Shown: piece by piece, positions 46,905 to 57,080 of the stretch
Layout: each line of letters starts with the position of its first letter
How positions within the stretch are numbered: position 1 is the stretch's first letter
NCBI GenBank assembly: GCA_017453305.1
Contig: JAFTKJ010000025.1
Location: 392-64,391, forward strand
DNA length: 64,000 nt
Source: Clostridia bacterium
GTDB taxonomy: Bacteria; Bacillota; Clostridia; Oscillospirales; CAG-272
Direction: 5' to 3'
Program-made: the position numbers and the translations under genes
The notes under the pieces: model-generated
What the model saw: the letters and a program-made list of their open reading frames with translations, nothing else
What the model was told of the DNA's origin: nothing
Databases searched by the model: none

Positions 46905-47453
46905 TTACTTAAAGTATCTCTCAAGCAGTCCCTTGAATGCCTTGCCGTGGCGAGCCTCGTCGCGTGCCATCTCGTGAACGGTGTCGTGGATGGCGTCGAG
47001 GTTGAGCTGCTTTGCCATTTTTGCAAGCTCGAACTTGCCGGCTGTTGCGCCGTTTTCAGCCTCTACGCGAACGGTCAGGTTCTGCTTGGTGGAGTCGCTG
47101 ACGCATTCACCGAGGAGCTCTGCAAACTTTGCAGCGTGCTCTGCTTCTTCCCATGCAGCCTTTTCCCAGTAAAGACCGATTTCGGGGTAGCCCTCTCTAT
47201 GTGCAACTCTTGCCATAGCCAGGTACATACCAACCTCGGTGCACTCGCCCTGGAAGTTTGCGCGCAGACCCTCAATGATCTCAGCGGGAGCGTCCTTGGC
47301 AACGCCTACGATATGCTCGGCAGCCCAAGTCATTTCGCCGCTTTCAACAATTTCCTCAAACTTTTCGCCGGGTGCCTTGCAAAGGGGGCACTTGTCGGGA
47401 CGTACGTCGGATTCTACAATTTCACCGCAAACGGTGCATCTCCATTTTTTCAT
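46905..47453 (-). CDS. rbr: reverse rubrerythrin (N-terminal rubredoxin-like CxxC...CxxC + ferritin-like diiron domain)
   Basis: [11 protein letters not shown]...CPLC then E..H diiron ligands, C-terminal GLLERYFK. Confidence 0.85.
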   Translation of the reverse strand: MKKWRCTVCGEIVESDVRPDKCPLCKAPGEKFEEIVESGEMTWAAEHIVGVAKDAPAEIIEGLRANFQGECTEVGMYLAMARVAHREGYPEIGLYWEKAAWEEAEHAAKFAELLGECVSDSTKQNLTVRVEAENGATAGKFELAKMAKQLNLDAIHDTVHEMARDEARHGKAFKGLLERYFK

Positions 47454-47623
47454 ATGTGTATCTCCTTCAAAATCGATATGTTGGACACACGGTCCATGGC
47501 TTTATTTTATCATAAAACTGCAATTCTGTCAACATCTTTTTTACTTGGCAGCACTATTTTTTTTGACAAAGTTGCCATCCCATGAGAGTTCCTTAAAAAG
47601 CTTGTTTGTGAGGAGGACAAAAA

Positions 47624-47652
47624 GTCCTTGTTGACAATCCCTGCTGTTTATG
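47624..47652 (+). promoter_or_regulatory. sigma-A promoter for GH2 gene
   Basis: ttgaca 47624-47629, tataat 47647-47652. Confidence 0.5.
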
Positions 47653-47718
47653 CTATAATGACATCGGATCTGTAATTTATTTTCAGTTCGCGGGTTGATG
47701 ATTTTTGGGAGGTGCATG

Positions 47719-50112
47719 ATGGCACAAAGAATTTTGTTTTGTGATAATTGGTTGTTTCACGATGGGGAAATTGAGGTAACGCCGCCGGCACTTAAGGGCC
47801 CTGTTTATACACAGTCAAAAACGGAGAGCTACCGTCACGGTCCTGCATCGATATATTATCCGGATCGACCGGATGATTTTGGTGGGAACGGGGCTGCAAT
47901 GCTGACGCATGAGCGCTGGGAAAAAGTTACGCTTCCACACGATTATATCGTTAATTCTCCAATTGAACGCGAGGAGAACAATGCGCTCGGTTTTCGTCGG
48001 TATCGCCCTGCATGGTATCGCAAGCACTTTGTGGCACAGGAGGCTTGGAAGGGTTCGCGAGTGGAGCTTGCATTTTTGGGAATTGCGACCGAGTGCGACG
48101 TCTATCTCAATGGCGTTTGGCTTTATCATAATGAAACGCAATATACTCCCATCAACGTGGATATTACAGATTTTATTAAATTTGACGGACAGGACAATGT
48201 CGTTGCAGTTCATGTTACGCAAAAAACAATAGAAAATTGGTGGTACAATGGTGGCGGTATATGCCACAAGGCTTATATTACGGTGTTTCCGCCTGTTTCT
48301 CTGGAGCGGGATGGGGTATGGATTGCCCCTGCTTTGACCGCGCGTGGAGAATGGAGCGTTTCTGTTTCTGCGGAGGTGCATAACGCGCAATATACCGATG
48401 CAAGTGTGCGCGTGACGTGTGAGTTGTTGAATGCGGAATCAAATTTGCTTGCAACCGCAGAGGTCAATGCCGTTGTTCCGGCAAGAGAAATATCCAATCT
48501 TAAACTACCGTCCATAACCGTTTCAAATCCTCACTTGTGGGATATTGATGACCCATATCTCCATCGCGCGCGCACGCGCGTGTACGTTGACGGTAAGATC
48601 ACGGATGAAAAATATGATTGCTTTGGCTTTCGAACAGTTGAATTTACAGTGGACAAAGGCTTTTTGCTCAACGGTAAGCAACGCTACATCAACGGTATTT
48701 GCGGACATGAAGATTTTGGATTGACGGGCAAGGCTGTTCCGGATAATATTATGCGATATAAGGTGCGCATGCTCAAGGAGATGGGGGTGAACGCTTATCG
48801 TTGCGCACATTCGATGCAGGACGAGGCGTTGATGGATGCTTTTGATCAATATGGTATGATGGTTATGGCAGAAACAAGACATTTCAGCACGTCAAAAACA
48901 CATCTTGAGGAACTTCGCGCATTGATCCGACGGGATCGCAATCGTCCCTCGGTGTTTATGTGGAGTGTTGGAAATGAGGAACATTATTTTATTACGGATG
49001 AAGGCAGACGCATTGCCGAACACATGATCTTTGAGGTCAAAAAGCTGGATCACACGCGACCTGTAATAACGGCAAACGACAAAAAGCCGGAGGAGTGTAC
49101 CGTGTATGAATCGTCGGATCTGATCGGTGTCAATTATAATCACGGTCTTTACGATTATCTGCATGAAAAATTTCCAAATAAGCCTATTTTTGCCTCCGAG
49201 TGTGCCGCTGCGTCCTCAACGCGCGGCTGGTATTTTGACACCTGTCATGACTTGGGGCGTATGAGTGCTTACGATGAGAATATCAACGAGTGGTTCATCA
49301 ATCACGAAAATACCTTCCGCATTCTCCATCAGCGACCGTATATGATGGGTGCTTTTGTCTGGAGTGCGTTTGAGTATCTTGGTGAAGCAAAATGGCCTCG
49401 GATTTGTTCTTGTTCGGGAGCAATCGACCTTTATTTGCAAAAAAAGGATGCTTTTTACCAATTGCAGAGCTTTTATAGTGAAAAGCCGATGGTGCATCTG
49501 CTACCGCACTGGAACATGGATGGTATGGAGAGCGTCCGCGTGGTTACATACACCAACTGCTGTGAGGTAGAGCTGTTTTTGAACGGAAGATCACTTGGGC
49601 GGCAAAGCTGCGAAAAATATTTGCACAACGAGTGGCAAACGCCGTTTGAGGCAGGGGAGATCTGCGCGGTTGCTTATGATAAAATGGGGAATGCCGTAGC
49701 AAAGGACGTTCAAAAAACGTCGGGCAAGCCGTATGCCTTAAAGCTCCGTTATGAAAACGAAGATGACGTATGTGCCAACGGTGAAGATCTTGCATTGTTT
49801 ACCTGTTACGTTGTGGATGAAGAGGGAATAGAGGTTCCGGATGCGGAGTGCGAGGTCACCTTGATTCCGGATAAGGACGTTAAACTCGTTGGGACGGGTT
49901 CGGATCATTCCGACCACACACCACCTGCATCGCCCACACGCCGCATGTATGCGGGCAGAGTCCTGGCGGCGCTTCTTCCTATGTCGGCAGGCAAAATGAC
50001 ACTGCGTGCCAGATCATACGGACTAAAGACTGCATCTATTACAGTGGAGATTCCGGAGGATCGTAATCCCGTGCCGGGCAGAGTTTATCCAATGGCGAAT
50101 ATGAAATGGTAA
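47719..50112 (+). CDS. glycoside hydrolase family 2 (beta-galactosidase/beta-glucuronidase-like)
   Basis: ~798 aa; GH2 sugar-binding, Ig-like and TIM barrel; NAYRCAHS motif (cf. NAVRTSHYP); start at second ATG of ATGATG (RBS gggagg). Confidence 0.8.
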   Translation: MAQRILFCDNWLFHDGEIEVTPPALKGPVYTQSKTESYRHGPASIYYPDRPDDFGGNGAAMLTHERWEKVTLPHDYIVNSPIEREENNALGFRRYRPAWYRKHFVAQEAWKGSRVELAFLGIATECDVYLNGVWLYHNETQYTPINVDITDFIKFDGQDNVVAVHVTQKTIENWWYNGGGICHKAYITVFPPVSLERDGVWIAPALTARGEWSVSVSAEVHNAQYTDASVRVTCELLNAESNLLATAEVNAVVPAREISNLKLPSITVSNPHLWDIDDPYLHRARTRVYVDGKITDEKYDCFGFRTVEFTVDKGFLLNGKQRYINGICGHEDFGLTGKAVPDNIMRYKVRMLKEMGVNAYRCAHSMQDEALMDAFDQYGMMVMAETRHFSTSKTHLEELRALIRRDRNRPSVFMWSVGNEEHYFITDEGRRIAEHMIFEVKKLDHTRPVITANDKKPEECTVYESSDLIGVNYNHGLYDYLHEKFPNKPIFASECAAASSTRGWYFDTCHDLGRMSAYDENINEWFINHENTFRILHQRPYMMGAFVWSAFEYLGEAKWPRICSCSGAIDLYLQKKDAFYQLQSFYSEKPMVHLLPHWNMDGMESVRVVTYTNCCEVELFLNGRSLGRQSCEKYLHNEWQTPFEAGEICAVAYDKMGNAVAKDVQKTSGKPYALKLRYENEDDVCANGEDLALFTCYVVDEEGIEVPDAECEVTLIPDKDVKLVGTGSDHSDHTPPASPTRRMYAGRVLAALLPMSAGKMTLRARSYGLKTASITVEIPEDRNPVPGRVYPMANMKW

Positions 50113-50206
50113 TGGAATACAAAATACATCACGGGGGAGTCAAATGCGCTTCGCATTTGACTCCCCCGTGATGTATTTTGAAGTTCTCTATCTTTTCACG
50201 CTCTTT

Positions 50207-50989
50207 TTAGTGCAATTTATACTTCAAACGCAAATTATCCGCAATCATGGCGATAAACTCCGAGTTTGTCGGCTTTCCGCGGTTGTTTTGAATGGTGTAG
50301 CCGAAATAGGAGTTGAGCGTATCGACGTCACCTCTGTCCCATGCGACCTCAATGGCGTGGCGAATGGCGCGCTCGACGCGGCTGGTTGTGGTGGCGTATT
50401 TTTTTGCAACGCTGGGGTAGAGGACTTTAGTAACCGAGTTGATCACGTCCGAATCCTTGATGGTCAAAAGGATGGCGGTGCGCAGATACTGGTAGCCCTT
50501 GATATGTGCGGGAACTCCGATTTGATGAATGATCTGTGTGACTTGGGATTCAATATCGGGACCTTGCTCAACCTCCTGCATTGCCGCGGCAGGGATTTCT
50601 TTTTGACGTTGTCCAAGCATGCTTTGGATATGCTCGGAAAGACTCGTGATGTTGATAGGCTTTAGCAGGCAAAGATCTGCGCCTGCCTCGGTGGCTTGAA
50701 TAAAGGTGTTTTGGCTGGAGACCGAAGAAACAACGATAAAGATAGGCGGCTTGTCATTACCGAAGTCCAGGTTGCGGCAATTGCGTAATACGCCGATTCC
50801 GTCCAGCTTTGAAAGCCAGATATCCAAAAGGACGATTTCGGGGTGATTGTGCGAAATTTTGAGCACTGCCTCCTCTCCGTTTACAGCTTCTTCCACGTTT
50901 CGGTAGCCTGCACGCAAGAGTCCCTCTTTGGTTTGTGTCCGCCATGCAGGACTTTCATCGGCAATCAGTATTTTCGTTTTGTATTCCAT
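50207..50989 (-). CDS. spo0A: stage 0 sporulation protein A (Spo0A)
   Basis: Receiver domain + hallmark C-domain [16 protein letters not shown]...[27 protein letters not shown]...[14 protein letters not shown]. Confidence 0.9.
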   Translation of the reverse strand: MEYKTKILIADESPAWRTQTKEGLLRAGYRNVEEAVNGEEAVLKISHNHPEIVLLDIWLSKLDGIGVLRNCRNLDFGNDKPPIFIVVSSVSSQNTFIQATEAGADLCLLKPINITSLSEHIQSMLGQRQKEIPAAAMQEVEQGPDIESQVTQIIHQIGVPAHIKGYQYLRTAILLTIKDSDVINSVTKVLYPSVAKKYATTTSRVERAIRHAIEVAWDRGDVDTLNSYFGYTIQNNRGKPTNSEFIAMIADNLRLKYKLH

Positions 50990-51127
50990 ATATCAAAATC
51001 CTCCGTTTGATTTTTTGTGACAGTAATATTTTACCATATTTGTAAGAATTTTACAATAGAAAACGATAAAAAATATTCCCCAAAAATTTCGGGGAATATT
51101 TGGTAATTTTTACCAATTATGATGAAA

Positions 51128-51523
51128 TTATTCATTATGAGAGTGTTTGCAGGGTTCTTTGAAGAAATCTGTCAGATCCATTTCGAATCTGCCGTCGGCA
51201 TTTCGCGAAAAACCGATGGCTTTGATCAAAATTTCGTTGTCGTATTCTGCGTCAAAAAACGCACGGTGTATGCCGCAAAGATCGATAAAGTTCAAAGCGG
51301 CGCGCCCCATGACGAACATTGGCTCAAACTCATATCCGCCCGGGATGTGCGCAAAATCCACTATTTTGCCGCCCTCGGCACTCATGGTAAATTGGCAAAT
51401 GCCGCGCAATTCACCGTCTACCATTGCACGGTAGGCAAGCATTTCGGTGCGGAAGGGAACACCGCACCTTGCGCAAAGCGCCTCCTGCTCCTCTTTGGTT
51501 TGAATGGGTAATACTTCCAGCAT
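51128..51523 (-). CDS. hypothetical protein
   Basis: 131 aa ORF with terminator hairpin downstream (51075-51100). Confidence 0.4.
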   Translation of the reverse strand: MLEVLPIQTKEEQEALCARCGVPFRTEMLAYRAMVDGELRGICQFTMSAEGGKIVDFAHIPGGYEFEPMFVMGRAALNFIDLCGIHRAFFDAEYDNEILIKAIGFSRNADGRFEMDLTDFFKEPCKHSHNE

Positions 51524-51526
51524 GAT

Positions 51527-52240
51527 CTATTTTCCTTCCTTATTGTTAGTATAAAGATAACCGACCTCATCGGCGGTCAATTCGCGCCATTTTCCAACGG
51601 GGAGCGTACCGAGCACCAGCTCGCCAATGGCAACCCTTTGCAGGCGTGTAACGCGCAAGCCGACCTGCTCGCACATGCGACGGATCTGTCTGTTACGCCC
51701 CTCGTAAAGATCCATCTGCAGGGTAGTGTCGCTCAGTCGCGTTACCTTGACGGGCTGTAAACGGTAGCCGTCCAGCGTCATGGGTTTACCGAGTGCGGCA
51801 ATTTGCGCGTCGTTTGGGGCAGGGGAGAGCGTGACGTGGTAGATCTTTGGAATTTCATGGCGTGGATGGGTCAGATGGTTGGCGAAGTCGCCGTCATCCG
51901 TGAGGAGTAACAGCCCCTCTGAATCCATATCCAGCCGTCCTACCGGATACACGCGCGCTCCAACGCTACGTGTCAGGTCTGTCACCGTTCGTCTGCCTTT
52001 TTCGTCCTTTGCGGTGGTGACGTATCCGCGCGGTTTATGGAGCATGACGTAGTGGCGCGGTTGATCGGTATGGGGAAGAATGCGTTTTCCCTGATATTCG
52101 ACAATATCGACCTTTGGATCGACCGAATCTCCGATCATGGCAATTTTACCGTTGACAGTAACCTTGCCTGCGGCAATTTCAGCCTCTGCCGCGCGTCGCG
52201 AGAGCACGCCGCTATCCGAAAAGAATTTTTGCAGTCGCAT
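51527..52240 (-). CDS. rluB: pseudouridine synthase (RluB/RsuA family)
   Basis: Start MRLQKFFSDSGVLSRR (S4 domain); HKPRGYVTT, catalytic RLDMDSEGLLLLTDDG. Confidence 0.85.
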   Translation of the reverse strand: MRLQKFFSDSGVLSRRAAEAEIAAGKVTVNGKIAMIGDSVDPKVDIVEYQGKRILPHTDQPRHYVMLHKPRGYVTTAKDEKGRRTVTDLTRSVGARVYPVGRLDMDSEGLLLLTDDGDFANHLTHPRHEIPKIYHVTLSPAPNDAQIAALGKPMTLDGYRLQPVKVTRLSDTTLQMDLYEGRNRQIRRMCEQVGLRVTRLQRVAIGELVLGTLPVGKWRELTADEVGYLYTNNKEGK

Positions 52241-52284
52241 GGTGACCTCCTTTCCCAAAATGTATTGTGTATCGATGTGAGAGA

Positions 52285-53448
52285 TTACAAAAACAGAGAC
52301 GCCCACCAATCAAGGATCTTTTGCCAAAACGTGCGCGTATCCGCCTTGGTTTCAACGCTGTAGCACGCGATCATCGGGACCTCGGCAATGCACTCGCGCA
52401 CGCCGTCTCCATCCGAATCGCAGTAAAACAGCATTCTGCCGCAAACCTCTCCTTGAAAAACGGGAGCTGACTCAAAGCGGCGGCATTCGATCACCTGTTG
52501 GATTTCTTCGACCTCGTTGGGTAAAGTGACGCATGCATCCTCCTCCACTCCTAACATGACGTAATCCTCCTTGGCGTTTACCAACGGCAGGGGATATAAA
52601 AACGCCATGTCGCAAAGCTTGACCGAGTGATAGCGCGCAAAGCCGTAATCCAACATGGCTGTGTGATCGCTCCAATCGTTTGGTGCATCGATGGTAACGG
52701 CAATCAAACGCACGCCGTCGCGCTCCGCCGCAGAAACAAGACATCTTCCGCTCTGCTTGGTAAAACCGGTCTTGACACCGATGCATCCGTCATAAAGGCG
52801 TAGCATTTTGTTGTGGTTGACCAAAAGCCGCACGCCGTCACTGCCTGCATGCGGAATGGTTGTTTTTCGGGTGGATACGATCGTTTGAATCAGTTCGTTC
52901 TGCAGTGCCGCGTGTGAAAGGAGCGCAAGCTCGCGTGCGGTGGTGTAATGATCCTCGTCGTGCAATCCGTGTGGATTGGTAAAATGGGTGTTCGTCAGTC
53001 CGAGCGATTGCGCCTTACGGTTCATTTCATCGGCAAATGCCTCCACACTTCCCGAAAGCCCGATGGCGATTGCTGCGGCGGCGTCGTTTGCCGACTCCAG
53101 CAAAAGGGCATAGAGCAATTGCTCCAGTGTCAATTCCTCGCCCTCGCTCAAATAGATCGAGGACCCCTCGATACCAACCGCCCCCGCGTCCGTGCGGATC
53201 ACGTGCTCGGGTTTTGCAAGAGCGAGTGCAACGTACGCCGTCATAATTTTGGTGGTGCTTGCCATGGGAAGGCGCTCGTTTGCATTTTTTGCGTACAAAA
53301 CGCTTCCGCTGTCGGCATCGATCAGCACGGCGCTGTGCGCGGAGAGTGCCAAGGCTTCGCTTGTATCCGCAGATGCAGGGAAGTACGTGACACCTGCGAG
53401 AATGCAGAATGAGAACAGAAACGCCGCGAGTCTGAGAATTCTGGACAT
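52285..53448 (-). CDS. dacB: D-alanyl-D-alanine carboxypeptidase (PBP5/DacB-like, S11)
   Basis: Signal peptide; ASTTKIMT (SxxK), SAND-like and KTG (GVKTGFT) motifs; C-terminal domain. Confidence 0.85.
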   Translation of the reverse strand: MSRILRLAAFLFSFCILAGVTYFPASADTSEALALSAHSAVLIDADSGSVLYAKNANERLPMASTTKIMTAYVALALAKPEHVIRTDAGAVGIEGSSIYLSEGEELTLEQLLYALLLESANDAAAAIAIGLSGSVEAFADEMNRKAQSLGLTNTHFTNPHGLHDEDHYTTARELALLSHAALQNELIQTIVSTRKTTIPHAGSDGVRLLVNHNKMLRLYDGCIGVKTGFTKQSGRCLVSAAERDGVRLIAVTIDAPNDWSDHTAMLDYGFARYHSVKLCDMAFLYPLPLVNAKEDYVMLGVEEDACVTLPNEVEEIQQVIECRRFESAPVFQGEVCGRMLFYCDSDGDGVRECIAEVPMIACYSVETKADTRTFWQKILDWWASLFL

Positions 53449-53520
53449 AATAATACCCTCCGGAAAAAATACATTTGTTCATGTATATTTTTCCGGAGTG
53501 TAATTTATGTCTTTTTGCGA

Positions 53521-54318
53521 TTATCTGATGGTTCCGTTCTCCAAAGTCTTTTCGGAGATCTTACCGCGCTTGTTGTGAGGAACGGGAATGCTTGCCTCAG
53601 CCGCAGCAGCTTCCGCCTCGGCAGCAGCCTGAGCAGCCTCGATAGCGGCAATTGCCTCTGCAAGCTCCTCTTCGGTTTGCGCGTCCTTCAAAGCCTTCTT
53701 TTGCGCCTTCTTTTCCAGCTTTTCCTGCTTCTTGCGTTCTTTTTCTTCCTTCTTCAAACGCTTCTTGTCTTCCTTGGTCAGTTCTTCTTCCTCTTCGTAA
53801 AGGATCTGTTCAGCCTCCTCAACAACGTCCTCGGAAGGCTCTGCTGCCTCCTGAGCAAGCTTTTGGCGGTAGATCTCTTCCAATTCTGCGGAGCGGTCTA
53901 CGGGCTCTTCTTTTTCTTCCTGGTAGCCGTTGGTGAATACGTTCTTGACACGACCGATGATGTCGGGAGCGTTGTAGATCAGCTCTGCAACCTGCTCAAC
54001 GGGAGTGAGCTTTTCGGTGGTCATGGGGATCAGCTCAACCTTGCCGTCGGGAGTAACGGTCAAAAAGCCGATGGGAGAAACGGTAACGCCGGTTCCGCCG
54101 CCACCGCCGAAGTTTTTCTTTCCACCCTCATTTGCAATTTTGGTGGGAAGATCCAAGCCACCGGAGGCAAAGCCCATGGATACCTTGGAGATCGGGATGA
54201 TGATGGTTCCGCTGGGGGTAACGATCTGCTTGCCTACAACGGTGTCAGCGTCTACGATGGTGCGCACTTGCTCCAGAGAATTTTGGATAATTTCCTTGAT
54301 AGAAGATTCGTTTTCCAT
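53521..54318 (-). CDS. ytfJ: sporulation protein YtfJ/GerW with K/E-rich coiled-coil C-extension
   Basis: Start MENESSIKEI; VSMGFASGGLDLP...GGGGGTGVTVSPIGFL core; ~130-aa charged tail. Confidence 0.75.
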   Translation of the reverse strand: MENESSIKEIIQNSLEQVRTIVDADTVVGKQIVTPSGTIIIPISKVSMGFASGGLDLPTKIANEGGKKNFGGGGGTGVTVSPIGFLTVTPDGKVELIPMTTEKLTPVEQVAELIYNAPDIIGRVKNVFTNGYQEEKEEPVDRSAELEEIYRQKLAQEAAEPSEDVVEEAEQILYEEEEELTKEDKKRLKKEEKERKKQEKLEKKAQKKALKDAQTEEELAEAIAAIEAAQAAAEAEAAAAEASIPVPHNKRGKISEKTLENGTIR

Positions 54319-54346
54319 AATGAATAATCCTTTCGTATATGTGTTG

Positions 54347-55123
54347 TTAATTTTTTTTGGATTCGGGGCGGTTTTTCCGCGCTTTTTTCTGTTCACGGGC
54401 GGCAGCCTTTCGGTAGGCTACGCCCTTTTCTTTATCATAAGCAGTCAGCATTCTCAGTGCGATGATCAATGCGCGACCGAGCTTGACAGAACAGACAAGA
54501 TCAATATCGGCAGAGCACTCCGTGGCAAGATAGTCGGGCGTGATCTCCACGTCACCCTCATGCCGTTTGATGTGCGAGAACTTTTCTTCCACAAAGTTCA
54601 AAATATAGGAAGCCGATTGAACGATCACTCCGTACAGGAGTGCTGTTTTTGCAGCGTCATCGGATCCAACGCGAATGTGCATTCTGTGGAAGCGAATGCC
54701 GATCTTTCCGCGTGTTTCACGGTAGAGCTTTTTGAGCAGCTGCAGGATCATTTCCAAATTTTCTTTCAAATTTGGTGCAGGACAATATTCGGCAGGAACA
54801 CCGGATTGCTTTGCTGCTTTTTTCGCCGCTTTTTTTGCCGCCTTGCGACGTTTGCGTTCTGCTTTTTTTGCTTCACGTTCTTGTCGCCGCAGCTCCTTTC
54901 TCAGCGCTGCTTCCGGGTTGCGACAGCGTGAAAGGTTTTTCGGCTTTTTCTGCTTTGGATCTTTGTCCGAGATCAGCGTAAACCGTATGCCGCAAACGGA
55001 TGCGACCACGCGTAGCTTTTCACGGCAGACGATTCGGATCTTCGCATTTCCAAACAGCAAAAGTGCCACAGCCAACAGCAAAATGCCGCCGAGGACCGCC
55101 AAAACGATCTGTAAGGCTATCAA
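54347..55123 (-). CDS. ytfI: DUF2953-like membrane protein (YtfI-like)
   Basis: N-terminal TM, position upstream of ytfJ as in Bacillus ytfI-ytfJ. Confidence 0.5.
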   Translation of the reverse strand: MIALQIVLAVLGGILLLAVALLLFGNAKIRIVCREKLRVVASVCGIRFTLISDKDPKQKKPKNLSRCRNPEAALRKELRRQEREAKKAERKRRKAAKKAAKKAAKQSGVPAEYCPAPNLKENLEMILQLLKKLYRETRGKIGIRFHRMHIRVGSDDAAKTALLYGVIVQSASYILNFVEEKFSHIKRHEGDVEITPDYLATECSADIDLVCSVKLGRALIIALRMLTAYDKEKGVAYRKAAAREQKKARKNRPESKKN

Positions 55124-55878
55124 TTGAATTCCTCCTTTTCATTCAGGGTAGGTGCGTCAGGAGGGGTGGGGAGGGCACCGTTCTCAAAGACGAGATCCGC
55201 TTCCTCGCTGTCCACCGGCTCGGTGTATTCACCAAGCTCAACGTCATCCGGAATTTCGGCGGCAAGCTGTTCTGCCTGCTCATCCTCTTCCGTACCTTCC
55301 GCTTGTGCCGCCGCCACGCTCAAAGCTTCGGTTTCGGGCAACTCATCCAGATTGTTGATGCCGAACACGCGCAAGAACTTGTCGGTAGTCACGTAGAGCA
55401 TCGGTCTGCCGGGGGCGTCCAGACGTCCTGCGGCTTCGATCAGCCCTTTATCAAGTAGGGAGTTGACGGCGTAGGAGCTGTCAACGCCACGTACAAGATC
55501 AATGTAAGAGCGAGTGACGGGTTGATTGTAGGCGACTACTGCCAAAACCTCCATAGAGGAAGCGGAGAGGTTGCCGCCGCGTCGGATTCCCAGTGCCTCG
55601 CGGATATAGGGAGCGTAGCGCTCCTTGGTGGTAAGCTGACAGGTGGAGGGGTAGAGCAGGAGCTGAATACCGTGATGGGTATCATCCTTTGTAAAATGCT
55701 CTGCCATCGCACGTACCACGGTTTTGACGTCCTTTACGGCAAGCCCCAAAACCTCTGCCAGCTTGTCATACTTCATCGGGTAGCCTGCGGCAAACAGAAT
55801 GGCTTCGATGGCTTGCTCGATATCCTGTTCGCTGGTCAGCTGCTCGAGGTATGGCGCTGATTCTTTCTTTTCTTCCAT
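55120..55878 (-). CDS. scpB: segregation and condensation protein B
   Basis: IEAILFAAGYPMKYDKLAEVLG...LAVVAYNQPVTRSYIDLVRGV. Confidence 0.85.
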   Translation of the reverse strand: MEEKKESAPYLEQLTSEQDIEQAIEAILFAAGYPMKYDKLAEVLGLAVKDVKTVVRAMAEHFTKDDTHHGIQLLLYPSTCQLTTKERYAPYIREALGIRRGGNLSASSMEVLAVVAYNQPVTRSYIDLVRGVDSSYAVNSLLDKGLIEAAGRLDAPGRPMLYVTTDKFLRVFGINNLDELPETEALSVAAAQAEGTEEDEQAEQLAAEIPDDVELGEYTEPVDSEEADLVFENGALPTPPDAPTLNEKEEFN

Positions 55879-55907
55879 AATATGTGCGGTAATTCCTTTC
55901 GGGAAAT

Positions 55908-57035
55908 TTATTGACTATCGTCGGGGAGGTCCTTTGCCTTTTGCGCCATGGAGCGAATGATATCGTTCATATCAAGACCGATATCGTCCAGCAGATCCTC
56001 ATCGTCGTCGGAAAGCTGATTGTCAAGCAGCTCGGCAACCTTTGCTTCTGCCTCAAGGTCGCTGTCGTCCTCCGGTAAAAAGTCCTCTGCAAGCTGCTGA
56101 GCGGCTTCTTCCTTGGCGAGTCTGCGTTCTGCGGCACGGCGTGCGCGCTCTTCGGCACGCAGGCGTTTCTTTTCGGCAAGCTTTTGCTCGCGAATGATCC
56201 TTCTTTGCTCGCGATGCATCTCTGCCTTGGAGGAGAGAGGGATTGGCTCGTCGCCGTGAACGGAGGGGTTGTATTCTTTTTCTTCCTCACCCTCGGCAGG
56301 GGGCGCATCGTTGACCACAAAGCGCGTGTTTACGCCGTGAATGACGGTGTAGGAGTCCGGCTCCTCGTCGATCAGGATCTTGCGGACCTTAATCAATTCC
56401 AGAATACCCAGGAAAATTGCGATCATGTCATTGAGCGAGACCGCATCGTGCAAAAGCTCTTGCATGGAGGTATCTCTGCGGCGCGACATGCGATGCAAAA
56501 TACCAACGATCTTAACGTCTACGGGAATGATAGGCTTTGCCACCAAGGGGGCAAAGGTTTGTTTTTCCGCCTTGGGGCGGGATTCATTTGCCGCAATGAT
56601 ACGGCGCACAGCCACGCAGAGCTGTGTGACCTCCTGATCGTCAACGTAGGAGGTATCCACCGAAATTTCGTCCGTATCCTTGACCATACGTCCGCTGTAC
56701 AGCTGGTAAAGCGGTGTCAGCTTTGCCACAGCCTGCTTTGCCTGCTGATATCGCAGGAGCGCCTCGGCAAGGTCGGCACGCGGATCCTTTTCGTCCTCGT
56801 TTTCCTTGGGGAGTAGGAGACGGCTTTTGATGACCATCAATTCACTCGCCATGACGATGAACTCGCCCGCAATCTCCATGTCCATGTCCTGTGCCGCCTT
56901 GATGTATTCAAGGTACTGATCGCAGATCAGGGCAATGGGGATATCTATGATATTCACTTTGTTTTTCTGGATCAGTGTCAGCAATAGGTCCAGCGGACCT
57001 TCAAACTGATCCAGTCGGTAAGTGAGTGCGTCCAT
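55908..57035 (-). CDS. scpA: segregation and condensation protein A (with long charged C-extension)
   Basis: FEGPLDLLLTLIQKNKVNIIDIPIALICDQYLEY; 375 aa. Confidence 0.85.
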   Translation of the reverse strand: MDALTYRLDQFEGPLDLLLTLIQKNKVNIIDIPIALICDQYLEYIKAAQDMDMEIAGEFIVMASELMVIKSRLLLPKENEDEKDPRADLAEALLRYQQAKQAVAKLTPLYQLYSGRMVKDTDEISVDTSYVDDQEVTQLCVAVRRIIAANESRPKAEKQTFAPLVAKPIIPVDVKIVGILHRMSRRRDTSMQELLHDAVSLNDMIAIFLGILELIKVRKILIDEEPDSYTVIHGVNTRFVVNDAPPAEGEEEKEYNPSVHGDEPIPLSSKAEMHREQRRIIREQKLAEKKRLRAEERARRAAERRLAKEEAAQQLAEDFLPEDDSDLEAEAKVAELLDNQLSDDDEDLLDDIGLDMNDIIRSMAQKAKDLPDDSQ

Positions 57036-57080
57036 AGGTAAGGGGGATCCTTTCTGTCTGTTTGTCGTGTCAAAGAAGCC

